DNA of 23,278 nucleotides from an uncultured archaeon (GTDB lineage Archaea; Asgardarchaeota; Thorarchaeia; Thorarchaeales; Thorarchaeaceae): NCBI GenBank assembly GCA_964458565.1, contig CAYWJO010000012.1, positions 1 to 23,278 of the forward strand, read 5' to 3'. Shown piece by piece: positions 16,501 to 23,278 of this stretch (position 1 is its first letter; each line of letters starts with the position of its first letter). The notes under the pieces were generated by a model. It saw only the letters and a program-made list of their open reading frames with translations, ran no database searches and was not told where the DNA came from. The position numbers and the translations under genes were made by a program.

Positions 16501-19500
16501 TCTTTCATCTGGTACCGATGCTGGAACATCCACAATCACTGTGGACCTAAGCGGTGCATCGCATTCTGACCAATGGATATTTTCAGGCGAGAGTCCTTAT
16601 ATCATCTCAATCCCAAGTGATGATTTCCCATCTGATTCATATACACTTACAATAACTGTAAGTCGACCGTTTTGCTCTAACTTGATATTACAGGAAGAAA
16701 TTGATATCCTTATTCCGAATCCGACCTATATTGATTCAGTGACGCCTTTAGTTGGTGATGCTGGATTTGGTATTGCTATACCTTGGTCTCTTCGTTTCCA
16801 ATCAAATGGAACGACTATACCTTATCAACAAGTGTTCTTAGAGATCAAAGATTCTGAGAGTTTGCTGATATATTCGGATGAAATGATATCATCATCAGGG
16901 ACTGAGGTATTTACATGGGTGGCAGGTACTCGAGGGAATTATTCATTCACTCTAATTTTCAATAGAAATGATTCAATCGAAGGTAGCACCTATGTTGGCA
17001 CAATTCGGGTATTCGAAAGTACTGAAATCGCATGGCTTGATAGTGCACAGCGTTCACAATACTCAACCTCCCCTGTATGTGCTTTCTTTAGAACTACTTC
17101 AGGTTCACCACTTGTCGGGTATGAGATCTCGGTTTCAGTTACTAATCCATCTATGCAAGTTGTCGTGAATCAAATTCTAACAACTAATTCTACAGGTCAT
17201 ATTTCAGTTATAGTTGAGTTCCTGCAAAATGGGATCTACATTTTTGATGCGGACTTCCTAGGTACGTATAATCTAAGGAGTGCACATGAATCCGAAAATG
17301 TGGTATCATATTCTGACTCATTTTTACAAGTTGGTGGGATCGAACCAGAAGGGCTAGTGGTAGACTCTTTGATTTTCTGGTCGGTTCTAACAGACTCAGT
17401 GGGTTTCGGAATCCAAGGTCAGCAAGTGATATTGCGGATTATTCTACAACCCAGCACAACTATTTATGAAGAATCCCTGATAACGAATCAAGCAGGCTAT
17501 ATTTCTACAAGTTGGAGTGCCAGCATTGCTGGAGATTATCGATTCGAAGCATACTATGTAGGATCGTCATCACGTGGAAGTGCTGCTGATTCTCAGGCTT
17601 CAACGATTCGAGCACCTGTCACTCTTGACATACAACCTCTTACTTCTCTGGAAGTAGGAAGTTCATGTTCGATACTTGTGGAATGCAGAGATCACACCGG
17701 CACCTCCATCTCGGGGCTCTCATTGTCTATCGTTATCAGGGACACCCTGGATTACATAGTGTTCACTGATTCTGGTGTATCAGTTGATGGGTCTGTTACA
17801 TTTATCTGGACTCCGAATATTCGTGGTGAAAACACCATTACTGTAAACACAATGCGACAAGGGTTCTATGAATCTTCTATGATCCAGGAGGTTGAGGATG
17901 TTTTTGAGCAAACAGAACTTCTCATCTATATAGATTCAAATCCTGTTGCACCTGGAAGTATTCTATTTTCCTTCACTGTTAGAGACCAATCCGGTCAAGG
18001 CGTTGCTGGGGTCACACTGAATATTGAAGTATTACTAGACCTCACCATATTGATGAATCAGCAAAATATGACCGATGCATCTGGGTGTGTCTCTCTAGGA
18101 GTTTATTGCTCTCAAATTGGTGAACTAACAATCAACGCAAATCTCGATTCTCAGCAATGGTTATTATCTGCGTCAAACTCTTCATCTACAAGTCTTTATG
18201 GTGCGTCACACCTATCTCTGAACATATCTGGAATTCCGATTGAACAGGGAACTATTCTCGGAATCACTGCAACTTTGACTGATTGGGAAGGATATCCCAT
18301 TGTAGGTGAACAAGTCACTATTGAAGTCACTTTAACTAACGGAACAGTGATCTCATCAAGAGTTGGTACAACCGGTGTTGGAGGTTCATGTTCGCATGCA
18401 CACGAATTCTCGTTGATTGGCGATTTCTGGATTCATGCTTCTTATGCGGGAGTTGGTATCAATGCTGCAGCAGAAGTGCAATTATTGCAACGTGTACATC
18501 TCACTCCAACACTAATACTGACTCATCCATCCTCAATCATACTTGGTACGCCCTGTATCATTGAATTTGGAATCGTGGATGCATATGATTCATTTGTAAC
18601 GGGATTGGATCTGCTTCTTCGGATTAGCCCACCTGAAGGAGGTGATATTGTTAACATGATACCCTCCGGCAGTGAATTGACTATCTACAACTGGACTCCC
18701 ACCACACACGGGCTCACAACCATCTCTTTGGATTATTCAGGTGGCTCAATCTATTTGTCTAACTCTACAAGTTCGTCGATGTCTGTACTATTATTGATAA
18801 ACGGTGAGATATTGATTGAAGAGGCGTCAATTGATGTCTTTGACACTCTTTTCATAACTTATCACATTCTTAGTGGTGTATCCGAAGTTGAGATTATGTT
18901 TGAATTATTGGGACCCGATCTTGTACCAGTCTGGATTACATCATCGATTTCCAATGAATCGGGGTATGCGGTAATAGAGTATCAAGCTGATGATACAATT
19001 GGATTGTTAACGATTACAGCTGAACCGAATCAAGACGAGTTTCTAATGGGTGGATATACCCAGACGCAGCTTCGTGTAAGAACTCATGTTCTAGTTGTAT
19101 CTTGTTTTGAACCTGAGGTTCCTACTCTTGGTTCTCCTATGAATATCACTGTTTATGTCGAAGATGAGCTAGGAATGCCAATCAATAATCTCGATGTGAC
19201 GATAAGTCTTAATGACCCCAATGGTAATCCTGTAAAATTGGGGATTTGGACAAATTCCATATCGGTTTCTGTTATCGATGGATATGCTGTAACTTCATTT
19301 GATCCGGTCCTAGCTGGAATCTATACACTCTATGTTGCATCTGGTGGTTCATTAACTATCTATGCATTTAACCAGCCCGGTGTTTTAGAAACGGTCTATT
19401 GTCCGACAACATTCTACCTTCAGACACAACAAATAGAGTTTGTAGTCAATGATAGTATCGAACTGGTTGGTCGGCTCATTGATTTGAATGATAATCCCAT

Positions 19501-21346
19501 GTCAGGAAAGACTGTGGTAATGCTTGCTGATGGACCTGGTACATCAGGAACAGGTCCGATAAGTCTGATTACAAACTCTACAGGATTTATAGCATGGAAA
19601 GTGACAGTGGTTGAAAATGGGCATTGGGCGTTTATTGGAACATTTAATGGAATTGGCGTCTATCTAGCATCATCTGACACATATAATATTGATGTCAAAG
19701 AAGCTACTTCTATTGATGTATCAGTACTTACAACTGAAGAACTCATTGCGGGTTTAACCCCACTGGAACTTGAAGTACTTCTAGAGGACTCTACGGGAAC
19801 AGTAGTAGAGCTTGGTATAGTCAGTATTGATGCATATCACGATGAGCTTGGTCTGATTCTAGAAACCAGTGTCACACAAACAGGATATCTTCCAGAGAAA
19901 ATCAATCTCACATTGTCAATAATGGGTGATTACACAATAGTGTTCTCTTTCTCGGGTTCAAGTTCCTATCATCCTTCTAACACTGCAATCAGAGTCTGGG
20001 TTAGAGGAACATCTGAGATTTCCGTAGAACACCCTGTTGCATTTGATAGGTCCGATGAGGCTAATGTGACAATCACAATTCTTAATGAACAAGGCTTACC
20101 TATCACTTTTAGTGAAGATGAACTCACACTTTCATTAAACGGTCTTGACGGTCTCGTTGATCTTTCGAAAAGAATGTCAATCGTTGATAGTCACATGACA
20201 CTGAATTTGACATCTCTTTTGATTGGGGAATATACACTCCAGATTACATATCCAGATAATATTCTGAGATTGGGTAGTAGTGAAGAAATTGAATTTCGGG
20301 TCACTTCGTCTTCCTATCTCTCAATTGCTGGTGGTACATATAGTGGGATTATTGGTGATCCACACGATGTTATTGTCCTTCTCACTGATTCTTTGAATGC
20401 CTCTTTGAGTGGCGTAGAAGTTAGAGTGAGTTTGTTTGATCCTGAAGGAAGAGAAGTCTACGGAAGTCCCCTATCTACTGTGACTAATATCATGACTCAG
20501 GACGGATTGGTTACAGTCGAATGGAATCCCTCTCGCATTGGCAATTATAGTCTTCTTGTAGAATTTTCATCTACTGATTACATATTCGGATCTACCTTGG
20601 AATTAGTTATTCTAACAAGATATCTATCTATTCTCGACGCTACAATACCTGACAATTGTACCTATCCCGATGAGGTCGTGATTAGTGCCGCTTTAGCTGG
20701 TTCTAATGGGAAAATAAGAGATGCATCCATAGTTGTTACAATATCTAAAGATGGTGAACTAGTTATTCAAGAAAATGGGATTACGAATGCATTGGGAACA
20801 GTCGATATCCAGATTCCGACTCTTTCTGGAGGTCTTCACACAGTAACTGTATCATACCTCGGAAGTGACCGATATGCTCCTGATGAGATAATTAGCGAAC
20901 TTTTAGTCTATCCTGGAGTGGTAGTCTTTTTCTATGAACCAATCGGAGCATATACGGGTAAGAATCTTTCTCTAGCAATAGATGTCAATATCGGAGGTAT
21001 ATCTACTGATTGGCAGGGAGTTGTGAGCTATGAATTGCATGGTCCTGCTGGTCTCATCCTTAGCAGATCTGAAGGTATTGTTTCAGATGATTTGATTGAG
21101 ATCAGTTTCGTTTCATCAATCGAAGGTGATTATTACATAAACTTCGATATTCAAGGTATACCTATTACTGGTAATTACTCGGATTCATTTATTTTCACTC
21201 TAGTAATTCCTCCTGTGGGAATCCCTCTTGATACTAGCACCACAACTATAACTGGAGGGTCTCTAATCCTACTCGTCGTTGGTTTGGTGGCGAGACGGAA
21301 ATTACATTCTATCCTTGAAGTCCTGCCTACTGAATGGGAGGGATAA
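13541..21346 (+). CDS. Giant cell-surface protein (2601 aa): signal peptide, prenyltransferase/squalene-cyclase-like alpha/alpha repeats, tandem Ig-like domains, C-terminal TM anchor
   Basis: ATG 13541 overlaps the upstream TAA (TAATG) and gives the signal-like MVRRGNQLLISAIILIMCGSLIP. Repeats YLATRQDTDGGYG, WLNSNQLPSGGYG and WILDHTSNPDGSY. ~100-aa beta-rich units (L.D..G.PI.G..V...T(N/D)..G...G.Y...A.Y.G). Many NxS/T sequons. Anchor SLILLVVGLVARRK. Confidence 0.88.
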   Translation: MVRRGNQLLISAIILIMCGSLIPLSDSELDLMDSIIPTSVMEVSANPGYEISLGYYIVVELPDSSIGPYGSSLNQLLTDYGIPSRLHTLSEITAEPTLLTDAICIILDASLGESDGSAVPDSFIQAVLQVNAPTIMMGRSSWLLHRFRGQGPPSLTAPQTTILLPTPGYEGAVYLSSPLVLSIGNALTTESGFDAPKNEIQGVHSRLIDLTGRLTQIYQPSLQYCSWPVDTYLLNLENPSALTFDGEGLLINTIAYATALSDTTTSQIVSKSQSQVSPLIGGFSYLHQPTLEATYYAVKAIYSLLETPEWTIWQDTNSELIEGLLSSLYLDFGSDAGFLSSSHGSVGNVSTAQGLWLTMVMSLESSFAISKLVSYLATRQDTDGGYGNSVVTTFNVVEALQSAGSLYVMNLNDLENWLDECRVNGADTSNPDLWGGIGKNPTSADSRNSYAYYYVNALSLIGGSPFDSTKLTEWILDHTSNPDGSYDDSTTPSQEVAKGTACALATMNAISTLSAQNRTTGLSWLNSNQLPSGGYGLGLSQDDIVGKTRESHYVALALNELGESSSSSGQELLQFMVNCRTDVGFEGMETIPSLMWSYWMSSIARYSHAYSSINIEDVQSYLEGFPEWTQYPYWSNLTSVLAYEYGMDQYRGKSVWTQYFGIGMYDTFALPISSGVHSQTQGYIQGSQSITGHFRPAFLFGIPHMQWTTAAVEALYMIDALDSINYRSALETAVMNEYSSGSWSKIGWTIEPYSSSQSSVDWLCTRAALRLDLITETMATEIASSIQSRIQYTDLWSLSRDVSTLALLNSSGFSVSLESVNPDEVLINLGATPFTSGWYNSTLFYQPIFTENVLELVSILGLRNRLNSIDSSAVAISTSVSADVGDTLDIDVIISSATSTHNVTVNAFDHWYRFEHVLNTDTLAVPVPEDPQSLGQWDICVVLTDWQSVRAFDSSEVTVSDTLVGSLNVHTPSILMGDLINVTASWTLSSGTDAGTSTITVDLSGASHSDQWIFSGESPYIISIPSDDFPSDSYTLTITVSRPFCSNLILQEEIDILIPNPTYIDSVTPLVGDAGFGIAIPWSLRFQSNGTTIPYQQVFLEIKDSESLLIYSDEMISSSGTEVFTWVAGTRGNYSFTLIFNRNDSIEGSTYVGTIRVFESTEIAWLDSAQRSQYSTSPVCAFFRTTSGSPLVGYEISVSVTNPSMQVVVNQILTTNSTGHISVIVEFLQNGIYIFDADFLGTYNLRSAHESENVVSYSDSFLQVGGIEPEGLVVDSLIFWSVLTDSVGFGIQGQQVILRIILQPSTTIYEESLITNQAGYISTSWSASIAGDYRFEAYYVGSSSRGSAADSQASTIRAPVTLDIQPLTSLEVGSSCSILVECRDHTGTSISGLSLSIVIRDTLDYIVFTDSGVSVDGSVTFIWTPNIRGENTITVNTMRQGFYESSMIQEVEDVFEQTELLIYIDSNPVAPGSILFSFTVRDQSGQGVAGVTLNIEVLLDLTILMNQQNMTDASGCVSLGVYCSQIGELTINANLDSQQWLLSASNSSSTSLYGASHLSLNISGIPIEQGTILGITATLTDWEGYPIVGEQVTIEVTLTNGTVISSRVGTTGVGGSCSHAHEFSLIGDFWIHASYAGVGINAAAEVQLLQRVHLTPTLILTHPSSIILGTPCIIEFGIVDAYDSFVTGLDLLLRISPPEGGDIVNMIPSGSELTIYNWTPTTHGLTTISLDYSGGSIYLSNSTSSSMSVLLLINGEILIEEASIDVFDTLFITYHILSGVSEVEIMFELLGPDLVPVWITSSISNESGYAVIEYQADDTIGLLTITAEPNQDEFLMGGYTQTQLRVRTHVLVVSCFEPEVPTLGSPMNITVYVEDELGMPINNLDVTISLNDPNGNPVKLGIWTNSISVSVIDGYAVTSFDPVLAGIYTLYVASGGSLTIYAFNQPGVLETVYCPTTFYLQTQQIEFVVNDSIELVGRLIDLNDNPMSGKTVVMLADGPGTSGTGPISLITNSTGFIAWKVTVVENGHWAFIGTFNGIGVYLASSDTYNIDVKEATSIDVSVLTTEELIAGLTPLELEVLLEDSTGTVVELGIVSIDAYHDELGLILETSVTQTGYLPEKINLTLSIMGDYTIVFSFSGSSSYHPSNTAIRVWVRGTSEISVEHPVAFDRSDEANVTITILNEQGLPITFSEDELTLSLNGLDGLVDLSKRMSIVDSHMTLNLTSLLIGEYTLQITYPDNILRLGSSEEIEFRVTSSSYLSIAGGTYSGIIGDPHDVIVLLTDSLNASLSGVEVRVSLFDPEGREVYGSPLSTVTNIMTQDGLVTVEWNPSRIGNYSLLVEFSSTDYIFGSTLELVILTRYLSILDATIPDNCTYPDEVVISAALAGSNGKIRDASIVVTISKDGELVIQENGITNALGTVDIQIPTLSGGLHTVTVSYLGSDRYAPDEIISELLVYPGVVVFFYEPIGAYTGKNLSLAIDVNIGGISTDWQGVVSYELHGPAGLILSRSEGIVSDDLIEISFVSSIEGDYYINFDIQGIPITGNYSDSFIFTLVIPPVGIPLDTSTTTITGGSLILLVVGLVARRKLHSILEVLPTEWEG

Positions 21347-21374
21347 TTCCTTTAACTACCGACTAACGGGGATA

Positions 21375-21710
21375 TCAATTGAGTTCTCCGGATACTATAG
21401 CATCAGCAAGTCTACCAAATATTGCTCCCTGTGGATACCTTACGAAACGTATCATTATTCCATCGTTAACTATCCGATATTCCTCATCTGACTCAGAGCA
21501 GATCTTCAATAGTACTAACACTGCATCTTTATTCCAATTTGTGATATCAATCTCCCCTGGTTTTATAACAGATCTCACTAATTTTTCAAAGAATTCAGCT
21601 TGTTCTAGTTTCTCACGTGTTGCAATGCGATGCATTAAGCCTTCACGAAATTCCCTAACAATCCCATCATCGTTTGAGAAAATATTTTGCATTGCTTCAG
21701 TTCTTGTCAT
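21375..21710 (-). CDS. Small hypothetical protein (111 aa)
   Basis: Fills the gap between the giant gene and the STAND gene. Charged, helical, protein-like composition with no motif recognised. Confidence 0.6.
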   Translation of the reverse strand: MTRTEAMQNIFSNDDGIVREFREGLMHRIATREKLEQAEFFEKLVRSVIKPGEIDITNWNKDAVLVLLKICSESDEEYRIVNDGIMIRFVRYPQGAIFGRLADAIVSGELN

Positions 21711-21854
21711 CTTACGTTCATGGAATATTACTGAAAGTTCAGTTAATTGTGATTCACTCGGATTCGTTGAGTGTATCTAAATGACCATTTTAGACCAGCT
21801 AGCTTAAGTTCAAGTTCATCCCATATAAGGCGTTCATTGTACGGGGATTTATTT

Positions 21855-23278
21855 ATGTATGAGCACTTCGAGCCGCCTGAACGGGTATTTGTTGACCGTA
21901 AAGAACACTTGGAGTGGATGGTTGAAGCATTAAAACGTTGTAAAGAGAAGACTGTAGTTCTACATTTGAAGGGGATTGGAGGCATAGGAAAGAGTTCATT
22001 GCTAGATTATTGGACACGTACAATTGCATCTACTATTCGTTTGGACTGTGAACAATACATAAAATTCCACGATCGACTAAACATCATCGCAAGAGGTGCA
22101 GTGCTTCTTGGTATACGACTCCAAAGATTTGATGTTCTATGGCAGATTCGTCAACGTTTCGTAGAAGGAGTTGAGTCAGTTAGGGAATCAGGTCGTGAAT
22201 GGGCAAAGGATGTTGTAATGGCTATCCCCTTCATAGGTTCTGTTGCTGCAATAGGTACTGCAATAACCTCGATTGGTGCTAAGGTTGCCCCAAAACTGAA
22301 AGGTAAGTATGGAGTCCTCGGAGAATGGCTGCAGACACGTCTTGGAAAGAATTATGTTGAGAAGCTCTTGGAGATACTTTGGAAAGAGCCCCATCATGCA
22401 GAGCTACTATTTCTTGATGCAATACTTGAGGATTTGAACAATCGGAAAAGTTCAGATATTCCAATTCTCTTTTTGATAGACCATTTCGAACATGTTGATA
22501 GTGAAAAAACCCATTGGCAATATAGAAACCGACACATTACTGAAACAGAGCTGTGGATGGTGTTCTTGTCTTCTCTATCTAATTGTGTTGGAGTGATGGC
22601 AGGTAGAAAAAGCGTAGTTGAAAGAAATGACATTCTTCTAGAGGAATCAGAACTCCTAGAACTAGAAAGGGAACACTGTTTTGAACTCTTAGAAATACTT
22701 GATATAAAAGACCATGAGCTTAAGGACAGGATTGCTAGTGTCAGTGGCGGAAATCCGTTTGTTATTGGAACAATATGTGATTTAGCAAAAACCAGGAATC
22801 TTACTATAGAAGATGTTGAGAGCATTCGAGCTGAGAGTCTTGAAGAAGTTCGTCTCAAAACATGGAGAAGGCTCTTCAATAATGTTCAGGACTTACAAGA
22901 AATCATAAACCGTATGGCTCTCCTTCCTTTCTTTGATAGACAAATTATGAATGTCATTGCACCAACGCTAACAACTGACCAGTGGGACCGACTGATACGT
23001 CTTAGCTTTATTAGAACATTACATGAAGGAAAATGGGTGATTCATAGCATAGTTAAAGATCTAATCATATCTGAACTTGATGAACGACTGGGAGTCCTAA
23101 CTACTGAGGTTGCCAGACTCCTTGAGAATACATGGACAGATAAGGAAGACTTTACCATGCTTGGACTCTCGTTTTCAGTTCGAGCATTAAGTTCTCCTTC
23201 AGAGGCATTGGAAGAATTCGGGTTGAAATTCTTTGAGCTTGCGGACATATTTGGGTCAAGACTTCTTAAGATGTTGGA
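21855..23278 (+). CDS. STAND-class P-loop NTPase (AAA_16/NB-ARC-like), 3'-truncated by the window
   Basis: Manual translation is open for 474 codons: MYEHFEPPERVFVDRKEHL, Walker A GIGGIGKSS, Walker B ILFLIDHFE, sensor-1 VMAGR, SGGNP (GxP) and winged-helix WVIHSIVKD. ATATAA box at 21823, ~27 nt upstream, suggests a leaderless mRNA. Absent from the ORF track because it has no stop in the window. Confidence 0.9.
   Translation, partial: MYEHFEPPERVFVDRKEHLEWMVEALKRCKEKTVVLHLKGIGGIGKSSLLDYWTRTIASTIRLDCEQYIKFHDRLNIIARGAVLLGIRLQRFDVLWQIRQRFVEGVESVRESGREWAKDVVMAIPFIGSVAAIGTAITSIGAKVAPKLKGKYGVLGEWLQTRLGKNYVEKLLEILWKEPHHAELLFLDAILEDLNNRKSSDIPILFLIDHFEHVDSEKTHWQYRNRHITETELWMVFLSSLSNCVGVMAGRKSVVERNDILLEESELLELEREHCFELLEILDIKDHELKDRIASVSGGNPFVIGTICDLAKTRNLTIEDVESIRAESLEEVRLKTWRRLFNNVQDLQEIINRMALLPFFDRQIMNVIAPTLTTDQWDRLIRLSFIRTLHEGKWVIHSIVKDLIISELDERLGVLTTEVARLLENTWTDKEDFTMLGLSFSVRALSSPSEALEEFGLKFFELADIFGSRLLKML

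Noticed and set aside
2309-21780. Other short ORFs nested in or antisense to long genes (e.g. 2309..2512, 6161..6442, 7283..7543, 9193..9633, 12143..12334, 16333..16539, 21379..21780)
   Set aside because: They overlap well-supported genes and have no motifs of their own.
21743-23248. Several short minus-strand ORFs (21743..21985, 22188..22397, 22279..22464, 22394..22879, 23042..23248)
   Set aside because: Antisense shadows of the STAND NTPase gene.

Overview
AT-rich, gene-dense archaeal-looking window: GGTGA/GGAGG ribosome-binding sites, TTTAAG/TTTATA boxes and TAAATG/TAATG gene junctions. The gene content resembles Asgard archaea such as Thorarchaeota, but that assignment is inference. Gene order: a truncated membrane protein and a penicillin acylase (Ntn-hydrolase) on the minus strand; a 657-aa protein with a C-terminal wHTH + Lrp/AsnC-like module; an unannotated 27-aa gene (MMYNDPLNGPEIPWNTEDPLNGPEIPW) with a synonymously diverged duplicated core and two strong hairpins; a stand-alone 7-TM protein; an MBL-fold hydrolase; a minus-strand GH3 + ThiF/E1-like operon; a structured intergenic segment; a hypothetical protein; a second wHTH/Lrp-like paralog; a degenerate HExxH-type membrane protein coupled to a ~2600-aa surface protein (prenyltransferase-like barrel, Ig-like stalk, TM anchor); a small hypothetical protein; and a STAND NTPase missing from the ORF track that runs off the right edge. 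Best novelty candidates: (1) the repeated-core micropeptide and adjacent 7-TM gene, which share an 18-bp upstream motif (possible peptide signalling); (2) the GH3-ThiF pair (possible N-acyl amino acid/oxazolone-type pathway, with an acylase nearby). No rRNA, tRNA, CRISPR array or transposase was recognised.
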